Below are positions 18,967 through 28,876 of a DNA stretch of 64,000 nucleotides, piece after piece. Each line of letters opens with the position of its first letter. Within the stretch, counting starts at the first letter, position 1. The position numbers and the translations under genes are program-made. Origin of the DNA: Nitrososphaeria archaeon (GTDB taxonomy: Archaea > Thermoproteota > Nitrososphaeria > Nitrososphaerales > JACAEJ01); contig JARVKD010000001.1 of assembly GCA_029775875.1 (NCBI GenBank), positions 810 through 64,809 on the forward strand, given 5' to 3'. A model generated the notes under the pieces. It did no database searches and had not been told where the DNA came from. It saw only the letters and a list, made by a program, of their open reading frames with translations.

Positions 18967-19524
18967 TTGCCAATTACAAAAGCTATTGTAAGTATAGAAA
19001 ACGTAGTCGCTTCTGCCACTGTTAATCAAACTATCGATTTAAACACTATTACCAGGCTCTTTCCAGATGTTGAGTATCGCCCAGACCAGTTCCCAGGGCT
19101 TGTATTTAGATTAAAGGCTCCTAAGACCGCCACTCTAATCTTCAGCTCTGGTAAGATGGTATGCACAGGCGCAAAGTCTGAGGATCAAGCCATAAAAGCC
19201 GTCAAGACCGTTGTTAGCAAGTTACGGAAAGGTGGCGTTGAGATACTAAACGACCCAATCATAGAAATACAGAACATAGTCGCCTCGGCAAGTCTTGGCG
19301 GAAAAGTTCATCTTGAGGAAGCAGCTAGGCTGTTGGAGAGATCCATGTATGAGCCTGAACAGTTTCCTGGCTTGATTCATAGAATGATCGATCCTAAGAC
19401 AGTCATACTTTTGTTCGCGAGTGGGAAGCTCGTCTGTACGGGTGCAAGAAAAGAAGCTGACGTCTATAAAGCCGTTAATAATCTCCATGGCTTGCTTGAG
19501 GAAAAAGGGCTTATGCTATATTGA
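18967..19524 (+). CDS. tbp: TATA-box binding protein
   Basis: Two direct repeats, IENVVAS...QFPGLVFRL...LIFSSGKMVCTGAKS and IQNIVAS...QFPGLIHRM...LLFASGKLVCTGARK. TTG start preceded by GAGGTGA. Confidence 0.95.
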   Translation: MPITKAIVSIENVVASATVNQTIDLNTITRLFPDVEYRPDQFPGLVFRLKAPKTATLIFSSGKMVCTGAKSEDQAIKAVKTVVSKLRKGGVEILNDPIIEIQNIVASASLGGKVHLEEAARLLERSMYEPEQFPGLIHRMIDPKTVILLFASGKLVCTGARKEADVYKAVNNLHGLLEEKGLMLY

Positions 19525-19532
19525 CACTATTT

Positions 19533-20165
19533 TTATTGTTTAGTTTTTACCATGCTATATATTGCCTTTCTTTGATCCTCCCTAATTACGTCCATCTCGT
19601 AGAGGAGGTCTGCGAGCTCAGTTATCCTGGCGAGAGCCTTGAGCCTTATACTAGAGACTGCTAACCTCTCTCTTCCTCCTTCCATTCTATCTATCAGAAC
19701 CAAAGCATCTTCTACGATTCCTCCCTCACTTCTTATAGCTTCGGCAGTTCTTAGAATTGAGCTACCCGTGGTTATAAGATCATCTAAGATCAAAACCCTC
19801 CAGCCAGGTCTCAACAACCCCTCAACTTTCTTTTGGGCGCCATGCTCTTTTGGCTCTTTTCTAACGTATAAAAGAGGTTTTTCGAGCTTGTATGCTACTG
19901 CTGTAGAATAAGTCAATCCAGCGGTGGGTATTCCACCAATGGCGTCTATTCTATCTAGACCTATCATGTTTTTAAGGGCTTCAACGAAGGCATCGATTAT
20001 CCTCTTGAAGATTTCAGGAAGGCTGGGTACTATACGAAGATCGATATAATAAGAACTCATCTTTCCACTTGTGAGAGTAAAAGCTCCAAATTGAAGAGCC
20101 CCTGTCTTAATAAGAACTCTCCCAAGCTCTCTAATCAATTCGACTCTTCTCTTATCCCAGCTCAA
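19533..20165 (-). CDS. pyrE: orotate phosphoribosyltransferase
   Basis: FGAFTLTSGKMSSYYIDLR and PRPP-binding VLILDDLITTGSS. Confidence 0.9.
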   Translation of the reverse strand: MSWDKRRVELIRELGRVLIKTGALQFGAFTLTSGKMSSYYIDLRIVPSLPEIFKRIIDAFVEALKNMIGLDRIDAIGGIPTAGLTYSTAVAYKLEKPLLYVRKEPKEHGAQKKVEGLLRPGWRVLILDDLITTGSSILRTAEAIRSEGGIVEDALVLIDRMEGGRERLAVSSIRLKALARITELADLLYEMDVIREDQRKAIYSMVKTKQ

Positions 20166-20222
20166 AAGAATCGCTTTTTCTCTACATACCTATTTATATA
20201 AAGATAGTTTAACTTTTTGTAA

Positions 20223-21380
20223 ATGGAAATCTGGTTACCTTATGGTCAAGTTGAGGTTGCCGTTGACATAAGAGCTGAAAATTTGGCAGAAGTATTAGAG
20301 TCAAATTTGCAGAAGCTCGATGATAGATCTCTTTATGAGAAATTGAATAGTATTGAAATCACAGAGAAATCGGTGATAATGCTGTGCGATGTGACAACTG
20401 TAACGCTTAAGGTTTTGAAGTCTCTCATGGATTTGCAGAAGGAAAAAGGCAGATCGAAAGATATCGTTATAACTGTCCAGAAAAATCATCTTAAAACAGT
20501 GAAGAAAGCCCTTGAAGAGAAGTTTGAAAACATCGTTGCCATTGGGGAACCTCTTTTAGATTCTGGCATAGCTGATGGTTTTCCAGTTAAAGTGCCCAAA
20601 GTCTTTTCAGAGTATAGAAAGGTTATGATCTCGGAAGTCGGCTTTGACCCATTGTTCGGCTTTGGAGGAGGGCCTTCTTCTCTCATTAGAGCTATAGACC
20701 TTAAATTGGTAGAAGAAGCATTCAAGAGACGCCTTGACGACAACCCTAATCCTGGATCGGATACGAACGCAGCTTGGTTTGCATCAAGGGTAGCAGAGGA
20801 AATCGGTGAAATCTATTCGATAGAAGTTCTAAATACAAAAGGCGAAGTTTCAAGCATATTTCTTGGCGACATAATTGATGCCCATTCAGAAGCATCGAAG
20901 AAGCTTTACGAATCTGGGAAAAAGGTTCTACATCAACCAGCCCGTGCGATGGTCGTAAGTTTAGGCGATCCTTCAAAGAGCTTGACTTTATCCTCATCAT
21001 TGAAATCACTTTGGAATGCCATAGGGGGTTTAGATGAAAAGGGAATAGCTGTTCTTTTGGCGGAGTGTTCAGAAGGTTTAGGCTCAGAGGCCTTCAAGCT
21101 TTATGTTACGAATAGGTTGAAGTTAGAGGAGTTTATCAAACATGGAAAGTACGTTGTAGGTCTTGAAGATTTATTGTATCTCAAAAATGCTCTGCAATCG
21201 CGTAACATTGTACTTATCTCTACCTTACCAAATTATTACTCAGAGACAAAGCTAGGATTGCGCACTTTTAAGAAAGTTAGCGATGCCTTAGATCATGTAA
21301 TAACTAACCTTGGGGCAAGAGTAAAGCTATGTGTGGTGGTAGACGCATCTAACACTCTTTTGATGACTCAAAGCCGTTAA
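20223..21380 (+). CDS. LarA-like (DUF2088, lactate-racemase N-terminal domain) protein
   Basis: MEIWLPYGQVEVAVDIRAENL start resembles the LarA/DUF2088 N-terminus; the rest is weakly similar. Confidence 0.45.
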   Translation: MEIWLPYGQVEVAVDIRAENLAEVLESNLQKLDDRSLYEKLNSIEITEKSVIMLCDVTTVTLKVLKSLMDLQKEKGRSKDIVITVQKNHLKTVKKALEEKFENIVAIGEPLLDSGIADGFPVKVPKVFSEYRKVMISEVGFDPLFGFGGGPSSLIRAIDLKLVEEAFKRRLDDNPNPGSDTNAAWFASRVAEEIGEIYSIEVLNTKGEVSSIFLGDIIDAHSEASKKLYESGKKVLHQPARAMVVSLGDPSKSLTLSSSLKSLWNAIGGLDEKGIAVLLAECSEGLGSEAFKLYVTNRLKLEEFIKHGKYVVGLEDLLYLKNALQSRNIVLISTLPNYYSETKLGLRTFKKVSDALDHVITNLGARVKLCVVVDASNTLLMTQSR

Positions 21381-21547
21381 TCAATTTAGAATAAGGTAAG
21401 CGTAGGACATTCCAAGTTCGACCCTTTTTCATTATGAATCAAGTTTCTTACGGTTTCCAAACCTTTAAAAGTTTTAAAACCTATTTGTGGCATAAGAATC
21501 ACGTGATGGAGTTGCAGAAGGTATCCCTTAGGAAGATAGGCGATTAC

Positions 21548-22009
21548 ATGATAAGAAGGTGTAAAAGAGAGGATATACCTCTCGTCATCTCGATAAATCT
21601 GACCAGCTTACCTGAGCATTACTCCGACCTTTTTTTCGAAGAAATTTTGAATGAACTGCCTGAAGCCTTTCTTGTAGCCGAAAGGGATGGTATAGTAGTT
21701 GGCTACATAATGTGCAGGATTGAGTATGGTTTATCTATCCTCCGCAAGTTTGGACTAGCTAGAAAAGGGCACATAGTCTCTATAGCAGTGCTAGAGGAAC
21801 ATCGCAGAAAGGGTTTAGGGCAGGGTCTAGTTGAAGAGGCATCACAAGCATTGAAGAATAGGAACTGCTCAGAAATCTACCTCGAAGTAAGGGTCTCTAA
21901 CTCAGAAGCTATAAGACTTTACGAAAAGCTGGGTTTTAAGGTCGTATCTAGGCTCAGATGGTACTATCGAGATGGAGAGGACGCATACATGATGGCAAAG
22001 GCTCTTTAA
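21548..22009 (+). CDS. GNAT N-acetyltransferase (RimI/Ard1-like N-alpha-acetyltransferase)
   Basis: GHIVSIAVLEEHRRKGLGQGL (Q/RxxGxG/A acetyl-CoA motif). ATG 21548 (MIRRCKREDIP) is preferred over the track start 21434. Confidence 0.8.
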   Translation: MIRRCKREDIPLVISINLTSLPEHYSDLFFEEILNELPEAFLVAERDGIVVGYIMCRIEYGLSILRKFGLARKGHIVSIAVLEEHRRKGLGQGLVEEASQALKNRNCSEIYLEVRVSNSEAIRLYEKLGFKVVSRLRWYYRDGEDAYMMAKAL

Positions 22010-22028
22010 GTATCTAGCTCAATACTGT

Positions 22029-22115
22029 TCAAATGCTAGACTTAAAGCCTCCTCCATATATCAAAACAACTTCATGTTCGGCTATTCCTCTTTTCAATTC
22101 TTCTGCCATGCCCAT
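22029..22115 (-). pseudogene. possible remnant of a LOG/TIGR00730-type Rossmann protein
   Basis: 28-codon ORF MGMAEELKRGIAEHEVVLIYGGGFKSSI* carries the g..lvyGGG motif typical of LOG-family proteins. Isolated in a 183-nt intergenic gap; weak evidence. Confidence 0.25.
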
Positions 22116-22192
22116 ACTTCTTCAGATACTTTGCTCCCGCTACCTTTGACTGTTATTTGCCTATCAGTACCTAGGTAAGAGGCTCATTTATT

Positions 22193-22633
22193 TCAATTAT
22201 TTTTGACAAGATTTGAATTATGTAAAAAGTAAGAGTTAGCCATTAAATTCATATTACTATAGACATTAACAATACTTTTAGCTATCGCATTAAGATTATC
22301 TCCCATATAGTATAAGTGGCTCCTACACCCTTCTTTGCAGTCGCTAACTCCGAACCCTTTTATAGGCTTTGCAGTCATGCTGGCTATCTTTCTTACGATC
22401 TTACACTCATATCCTGTATTACTCGCTGCACAAATTATTGCTTCGATGGATGAATATTCGTTGCTCAAAAGGTAATCTATGTGCCAGAAGCATTTTTTAT
22501 CTTTCTTCATATGTCTCTGAATCCTTCCCATCAACCCTCCTGAACCTAAAGCTGAGCCCGTATAGGTGTACCATCCCTTCTCAAATTTTAATGAACCTAG
22601 GCTTCCTACTTTCAATTTCACTTTCTTGGTCAA
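22193..22633 (-). CDS. GIY-YIG-like DUF123 protein
   Basis: GWYTYTGSALGSGGLMGRIQRHMKKDKKCFWHIDYL matches the DUF123 (URI/GIY-YIG-like) signature. Confidence 0.65.
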   Translation of the reverse strand: MTKKVKLKVGSLGSLKFEKGWYTYTGSALGSGGLMGRIQRHMKKDKKCFWHIDYLLSNEYSSIEAIICAASNTGYECKIVRKIASMTAKPIKGFGVSDCKEGCRSHLYYMGDNLNAIAKSIVNVYSNMNLMANSYFLHNSNLVKNN

Positions 22634-22709
22634 TTTTATTATAAGAGTATATACTCCTTTGCCATTCTTGATTGCTAACTCGATTTAGACCACCTTTATT
22701 GTTTAAGTT

Positions 22710-24146
22710 CTAAGGGATGGGTATGGGTGAATCCTTCTCTGGTATTACGACGTTTGTAATATCTTTGAATAGTTCATGAAAAGCCTCAGGGTGCTCTGTA
22801 TGAATTGGTATGAGCATTTTTGGCTTGACTTCATTTACGAATCTCATCAAATCCAGAGGGGTTGCATGGCCTGAACTATGAAGGCGATACACTATTAAGC
22901 CATGCAAGGCTAGTGAATTGATAAAGCGGTCCTCATCGTACTCTTCCTCTTCGCTCACATGCTCAGAAATACTTTGTATGTAAAGAGAACCTTTTGGAGG
23001 AGTTGTACCAAAGACGTTAAACCTACCAGAATCAAGTAACACTGTTCTTTCCTTAGGATTAATTATTGCCTCATCATCGAGGATTTCCATATCCTCGTGT
23101 TTCTCTATAAGCTCTTTCTCCCATCTCATAAACCTACCTTTTGTGAAAAGCTTTACCTCATCTTTCAACTTCGGTATGCCGTGCAATAACCTTGCTTCCA
23201 GTCCAGACCGCTTTATCTTATCAAGAATGTAGGCAACTCTAGTAGTAATAGCTATGATGCTATTAAGGCTCTTTGCGACTCTTACGAAGGCATTGATCCT
23301 ATCTATATCACTCGATTTGACCTCTATTATCGCTAATTTATTGCCCAATTGAAAACTTTTTTCAATCAATTCATGAGCATCTTTTTCAACCTTTTCTTCG
23401 GAGCCTACACGCCCAACGTTCATGTTTGTACCCTCGACTATTAACACATCAAGACTCTCTTCTCTTAGCCTATCTTCAAACTTCTTTGATAAATTCTGAG
23501 CAGGTCCATGGAATCTGAAGTCACCAGTGTATGCAATTCTTGCTGATGAGCTTTCTATAACAAAGCCATAAGCACCAGGGACGCTATGATCTACTGAATA
23601 AGGAATAACTCTTAGCCTATCAGTTTCCATCTCCATGCCATCATGAAACTTTGAGATTTTTAATCTTGGCTCAATTTCATCCTTCTTTGGCAAGTTCCAA
23701 TAAAGCTTATTCTCTAAAGTTACATCCTTTCTTGTTTCAATGTTTGAAGAATAGATTAACTCCGACATGGATCCCATATGAATGTTTAAATCACTTCTGA
23801 GAAGAGTAACAAAGCCTGAATGGTCTAGATGGGGATGAGTGATGAATACGTGCTGCAAGGGACAAGCAACCCTTGGCTCTATTATTTCTGTCCCTTCATA
23901 ATCAACGTACAAAGGCAATTTTTGCCTCTTCGACGTCTTTATTTCTGGCAATAGGCAAGTCTTAATCAATTCTTTTTGAACTGATTTTGTGGGCATAGTA
24001 AATGGAAATTGGAAAAACTTTCTATACTTGTCAAAGTCTTTGCCTAGGTCAAAGATGATCATAGATTCCTTATCTTCTAAAAGTATGGAGTTTCCACCTA
24101 TCTTCCCTACTCCTCCAAATAGTGTAATGTAGCAGTCTAAGGGCAT
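22710..24146 (-). CDS. metallo-beta-lactamase/beta-CASP ribonuclease, archaeal RNase J-like
   Basis: ITHPHLDHSG (HxHxDH) and C-terminal HSSGHATPLDLMRFVNEVKPKMLIPIHTEHPE. Confidence 0.75.
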   Translation of the reverse strand: MPLDCYITLFGGVGKIGGNSILLEDKESMIIFDLGKDFDKYRKFFQFPFTMPTKSVQKELIKTCLLPEIKTSKRQKLPLYVDYEGTEIIEPRVACPLQHVFITHPHLDHSGFVTLLRSDLNIHMGSMSELIYSSNIETRKDVTLENKLYWNLPKKDEIEPRLKISKFHDGMEMETDRLRVIPYSVDHSVPGAYGFVIESSSARIAYTGDFRFHGPAQNLSKKFEDRLREESLDVLIVEGTNMNVGRVGSEEKVEKDAHELIEKSFQLGNKLAIIEVKSSDIDRINAFVRVAKSLNSIIAITTRVAYILDKIKRSGLEARLLHGIPKLKDEVKLFTKGRFMRWEKELIEKHEDMEILDDEAIINPKERTVLLDSGRFNVFGTTPPKGSLYIQSISEHVSEEEEYDEDRFINSLALHGLIVYRLHSSGHATPLDLMRFVNEVKPKMLIPIHTEHPEAFHELFKDITNVVIPEKDSPIPIP

Positions 24147-24258
24147 GGCAACTTATAGATAAAGCAGAGTTATATTTAATTCATTATCTAAATGTGAAGA
24201 ACTTTTAGATGATTAGGCTAATTAAAAATAAATAAAACAATTGCAATAGTTCTGAATA

Positions 24259-25710
24259 ATGATCAATTTGGATGAGGATTTGCTGTCATCAGTTATAGAC
24301 CTTGCTCAAAGACTTGGCGCAGAATATGCAGAAGCTAGGCTACACAGAACAAAACATTTGGGCTGTCTATCAAGGAACGGAGTTCCAGAGCCAGCTTTAA
24401 TAGGAGATGCTTACGGCATAGGTATGAGAGTGATCCACTCTGGCGCTCTAGCCTTCTCTGCCACAAACGATCTATCTAAAGAGAACATCAAGAATATGGT
24501 TGAGAAAGCTGTTAAAAAGGCTAGAGCGTCGTCGCCGCTTTTAAGGCATAAAGTTCTTTTAAGTAAGGAAAAATCGATCAAAGCTAATTGGAGGTCAGAA
24601 GAGAAAAAAAGTGTAGATAATGTTGACTTTGACGACCTTTTTGGTTTGTTAAAAGATATTGATAATCTTATAAAAGATGGGAAGAACGATGTCTCTTTTC
24701 CTAATAGACTATTGGCATCCTCAATCCTTCTTGAAGAAAAAATATACATGAACAGCAACGGGACGATAATAAAGAGTAGAGTGCCAAGGGTGGGTTTTAG
24801 TAGTTACATTACAACCTTTTACAAAGGCAAGATTACTACCATAACCATACCTTCAGGCTATTCTCAACTTGGAGAGAGTGGTGGATGGGAGGTGATTGAG
24901 AGATTGGAGATTTTCGATTATGTTGAAAAGGAAGCCGAAAATCTTTCTCTAGCGGTTAAAAGTGAGCAGAAGCCACCAAAAGAAATAGTAGACGTGATCC
25001 TTGGTCCTCAAGTCAGCGGTATAATAGCCCACGAGTCAGCTGGCCATCCTGGAGAGGCTGATAGAATTCTTGGAAGGGAGGCAGCTCAGGCAGGTGAATC
25101 CTATCTCAAGCCTAACGATCTTGGCATCAAAATTGGGAGCAAAGAAGTCCATGTGAGTGATGACCCCACTATTCCTCATTCCAATGGCTTTTACCTCTAC
25201 GATGATGAAGGAGTTCCTGCTAGGAAGAGGAAGTTGATAGATGCAGGGATAATTCGTGAATTTTTGCATAATAGAGCAACAGCCTATGAATTCAAAATCT
25301 CAAGCAACGGTTCATCAAGGGCTACAAGTTATGATAGAGAGCCCATTGTAAGGATGGCAAATACCTTTGTAGAGCCTGGCGATTACTCTCTAGATGAGCT
25401 TTTTGAGGACGTTAAGCTAGGTGTTTACATAAAATCCTTCATGGAGTGGAATATAGATGACAAACGATTGAATCAAAGATACGTTGGTCTTGAAGCTTAC
25501 TTGATAGAGAGAGGAGAGATGAAAGGAATGGTAAAGAACCCCGTTCTAGAGATAACAACTCCTAGGCTATGGAGTAGCGTTGATGCAAGGAGTAAAGAAG
25601 TTGAGTTTGTAGGTGCAACTTGTGGTAAGGGAGATCCCATGCAAGGAATTCCAGTCTGGACCGGAGGACCAAACATGAGACTTAGGGCCATAAGATTAGG
25701 TGAGAGGTAG
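24259..25710 (+). CDS. tldD: TldD-family metalloprotease
   Basis: HESAGHPGEAD (HExxxH-type motif); 483 aa. Immediately followed by its PmbA partner. Confidence 0.85.
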   Translation: MINLDEDLLSSVIDLAQRLGAEYAEARLHRTKHLGCLSRNGVPEPALIGDAYGIGMRVIHSGALAFSATNDLSKENIKNMVEKAVKKARASSPLLRHKVLLSKEKSIKANWRSEEKKSVDNVDFDDLFGLLKDIDNLIKDGKNDVSFPNRLLASSILLEEKIYMNSNGTIIKSRVPRVGFSSYITTFYKGKITTITIPSGYSQLGESGGWEVIERLEIFDYVEKEAENLSLAVKSEQKPPKEIVDVILGPQVSGIIAHESAGHPGEADRILGREAAQAGESYLKPNDLGIKIGSKEVHVSDDPTIPHSNGFYLYDDEGVPARKRKLIDAGIIREFLHNRATAYEFKISSNGSSRATSYDREPIVRMANTFVEPGDYSLDELFEDVKLGVYIKSFMEWNIDDKRLNQRYVGLEAYLIERGEMKGMVKNPVLEITTPRLWSSVDARSKEVEFVGATCGKGDPMQGIPVWTGGPNMRLRAIRLGER

Positions 25711-27039
25711 ATGGAGATAATCGAACTAGCCGATTTGGCGCTAAAAGAGGCATTAAAGCTTGGGGCGACAGACGTATCATCTATATGTACTAAAACGAAT
25801 GAAAATCTAGTAAGGTTCAGCAACAACTCTATTACTGTCAGTAAGAACATAAAGAACTTGGAACTCTTTCTTTATTTGGCTAAGGATAAGAAGAGGATAA
25901 TGGGGTCCTCATCCAATCCAAACATAGAAGAGATAAAAAATTTCACTTCAAACTTGATAAAAGCTTGTGAAGCATTATCACCAAGTCCAGATTACACACC
26001 TTTACCAAGAATAGAGACCCAATACCTTTCTCATGGAATTTATGATCAAAAATTAGCTGAAGATGAGATAGATCTGATAGAATTTGTGGAGAGCGCTATA
26101 GATGCGAGTTTACGAGCAGGGGCGGATAGAGTCTCAGGTTCTTTGATGACTTCAGAGGAAAATTTAGCGATTCTTACATCAGGCAATGCTACCGGTCAAG
26201 ATAAAAGGACGAAAATATTGCTCAACGTAAGGGCTTTTTCTGGAGATGCAAGTGGTCATGGGTTGTCTTGCTCTTCAAAGCTCGAAAATTTTAATCCTTA
26301 TGAAGCAGGCAAGGAAGCAGGAGAGTATGCGAAGGCATCTATTAATCCTAGCCCTTGGGAAGAAGGAGTTTATGATCTTATTACACTACCAACCGTAACA
26401 GCGGACATAATTCAGCATATTGGATCTTTTGCTTCAGCATTTGCAGTAGATTCTGGCTTGTCTTTTTTGGCTGATAAGATTAATCAAAAAGTAAGCGTAA
26501 ATGACTTTACTTTGAGAGACTACGGTGTAATAGAAGGAGGATTGGATGGTCGGGGTTTTGACGACGAGGGATTTCCAACACGTGAGAATGTGATAATTGA
26601 GGAAGGGGTTTTAAAAACTTACCTTCATAATAGCACTACAGCGAAAAAGTTCAATACATCTTCAACGGGCAATGCAGGGATAATAGACCCTCACCCATGG
26701 AACCTTGTGGTAGATCCTGGGTCTGTGAGCATAGATGATATGATAAGAGAAGTCAAGAAGGGCGTAATGGTAACTAACAATTGGTATACAAGGTTTCAAA
26801 ATCTGAGGTCTGGTGAGTATTCGACTATACCCAGAGATGCAGCCTTTCTTATCGAGAACGGAAAGATAAAGCATCCAGTTGTAGGGCTAAGAATCAGTGA
26901 TAGCCTTCCAAGACAATTGGCAAATATCATGGCTATATCTAAGGAGAGAAGATGGATTGAATGGTGGGAAGTATCTATCCCAACTCTTGCTCCTTCGATG
27001 CTTATAAAAAGCGTTGTGATAACTAAGGCTTTAGGATGA
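25711..27039 (+). CDS. pmbA: PmbA/TldE-family protein
   Basis: 442 aa, colinear with TldD/PmbA-family proteins. ATG abuts the tldD stop (TAGATG). Confidence 0.8.
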   Translation: MEIIELADLALKEALKLGATDVSSICTKTNENLVRFSNNSITVSKNIKNLELFLYLAKDKKRIMGSSSNPNIEEIKNFTSNLIKACEALSPSPDYTPLPRIETQYLSHGIYDQKLAEDEIDLIEFVESAIDASLRAGADRVSGSLMTSEENLAILTSGNATGQDKRTKILLNVRAFSGDASGHGLSCSSKLENFNPYEAGKEAGEYAKASINPSPWEEGVYDLITLPTVTADIIQHIGSFASAFAVDSGLSFLADKINQKVSVNDFTLRDYGVIEGGLDGRGFDDEGFPTRENVIIEEGVLKTYLHNSTTAKKFNTSSTGNAGIIDPHPWNLVVDPGSVSIDDMIREVKKGVMVTNNWYTRFQNLRSGEYSTIPRDAAFLIENGKIKHPVVGLRISDSLPRQLANIMAISKERRWIEWWEVSIPTLAPSMLIKSVVITKALG

Positions 27040-27104
27040 TGGGAATATCTGGGAGTAAAATATAAAAGTAAGAAAAATCGGCAATTATAATATAGGTGAT
27101 CTAG

Positions 27105-28772
27105 ATGTCTACAACAGCAATTCCGGCAGTTACATCAAGTGGGCAGCCGATACTCATCCTTAAAGAAGGATCTACGCAAACTCGTGGTAGAGACGCTCAA
27201 AGGAACAACATAATGGCGGCTAAGCTGATATCAGAAATAGTAAGGTCTTCCTTAGGGCCAAGGGGCATGGATAAGATGCTCGTAGATACCCTAGGAGACG
27301 TTACTATAACCAACGACGGAGCCACCATATTGAAGGAAATCGATGTTCAGCATCCATCTGCAAAGATGATGGTTGAAATTGCCAAGACCACTGATAATGA
27401 AGTTGGAGACGGAACAACCTCGGCAGTAGTCCTAGCGGGGGCTCTCTTGGAGAGAGCGGAGGAGCTTATCAATAAGGATGTCCATCCAGCGGTCGTAGTA
27501 GATGGCTACAGAAAAGCTGCTGATCAGGCTTTGAAGATTCTTGATAAGATAGCAGTGAAAATCCCTCCTGAGCAAAAGGACTGGTTAATCAAGATAGCTA
27601 AGACTAGCATGGAGACAAAGATGGTTTCTCAAGATAGCGGAATTTTGGCAGAACGTGTAGTCGACGCTCTTCTTCAGGTCGCTGAAAAGTCAGATGGAGC
27701 ATACAAGGTTGACATAGATGATGTTAAGGTAGAGAAAAAGGCAGGTGCATCTTTGGCTGAGACCCAGCTCATAAAAGGCCTAGTATTGGATAAAGAAGTT
27801 GTCCATGCAGGAATGCCTAAGAAAATCAAGAATGCGAAAATAGCCCTTATAAATGCTCCTCTTGAAATAGAAAAGACAGAATTCGATGCCAAGATCAACA
27901 TAAACAACCCTGAGCAGATAAAGCTATTCTTAGAAGAAGAAAACCGTATGCTAAAGACTATGGTGGATAGAATCGCTGAAGTAGGGGCCAATGTTCTCGT
28001 CTGTCAAAAAGGTATTGACGATATAGCTCAGCACTATCTGGCAAAAGCAGGAATAATGGCTGTTAGAAGGGCAAAGCAGAGTGATATGGACAAGCTGGCA
28101 AAGGCTAGCGGAGGCAGGGTTGTAACAAACCTTGAAGATTTATCAGCCAATGATCTGGGATTTGCCGAGACAGTTGAGGAAAGAAAGATAGAAGAAGACA
28201 AATGGGTTTTCATCGAAGGATGCAAGAATCCGAAGGCTGTAACAATATTGATAAGAGGCGGGACTCAGAGGATCGTTGATGAGGCAGAAAGATCTGTGCA
28301 CGATGCCCTTTGCGTAACAAGGGATGTTATGCAAAAACCAGCCATAGTAGCAGGCGGCGGAGCTCCCGAAGCTCATATCGCTCATGAACTAAGAGAATGG
28401 TCTCATACTCTTTCTGGAAGAGAGCAATTAGCCGTTCAAAAATTTGCGGAATCCATGGAAGTAATACCACTCACACTTGCTGAGAATGCAGGGCTCGATC
28501 CTATAGACGCTCAAGTGGAGTTAAGGTCAAAGCATGGCCAAGGCATGGTCTGGGCTGGCATCGGAATCTTTGACGGAGGAATCATAGATACCTATGAAAG
28601 GGGTATCTTCGAGCCATTGGCTGTAAAGGAGCAGATTATAAAGTCAGCCACAGAAGCCGCTTGCATGATACTTAGAATCGATGATGTCATAGCTGCTGGC
28701 AAGATGAGGGAGACGGGAGGAAGGCCAGGCAAGGGCGCAGAAGAAGCGACACCTCCTAGTGGAGAAGACTAA
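27105..28772 (+). CDS. ths: thermosome subunit (group II chaperonin)
   Basis: [50 protein letters not shown] sits 4 nt upstream of the ATG. Confidence 0.95.
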   Translation: MSTTAIPAVTSSGQPILILKEGSTQTRGRDAQRNNIMAAKLISEIVRSSLGPRGMDKMLVDTLGDVTITNDGATILKEIDVQHPSAKMMVEIAKTTDNEVGDGTTSAVVLAGALLERAEELINKDVHPAVVVDGYRKAADQALKILDKIAVKIPPEQKDWLIKIAKTSMETKMVSQDSGILAERVVDALLQVAEKSDGAYKVDIDDVKVEKKAGASLAETQLIKGLVLDKEVVHAGMPKKIKNAKIALINAPLEIEKTEFDAKININNPEQIKLFLEEENRMLKTMVDRIAEVGANVLVCQKGIDDIAQHYLAKAGIMAVRRAKQSDMDKLAKASGGRVVTNLEDLSANDLGFAETVEERKIEEDKWVFIEGCKNPKAVTILIRGGTQRIVDEAERSVHDALCVTRDVMQKPAIVAGGGAPEAHIAHELREWSHTLSGREQLAVQKFAESMEVIPLTLAENAGLDPIDAQVELRSKHGQGMVWAGIGIFDGGIIDTYERGIFEPLAVKEQIIKSATEAACMILRIDDVIAAGKMRETGGRPGKGAEEATPPSGED

Positions 28773-28789
28773 TCCCAAACCCTTCCCAA

Positions 28790-28795
28790 TTTTTT
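28790..28795 (+). terminator. oligo-T tract downstream of the thermosome gene
   Basis: CCCAATTTTTTATT about 18 nt after the stop. Archaeal intrinsic termination uses T-runs. Confidence 0.3.
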
Positions 28796-28876
28796 ATTCC
28801 TAGCTTTTATGCTACAAAAAAATTATCTATTAGTGTTTACTATGCTTTGAACAAGTCTCTAAATCTGGTGTAAAAT

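Noticed and set aside
21434-21547. Upstream extension of the acetyltransferase ORF.
   Set aside because: GNAT/Ard1 homologues start near MIRRCKREDIP. The extension has no homologous features.
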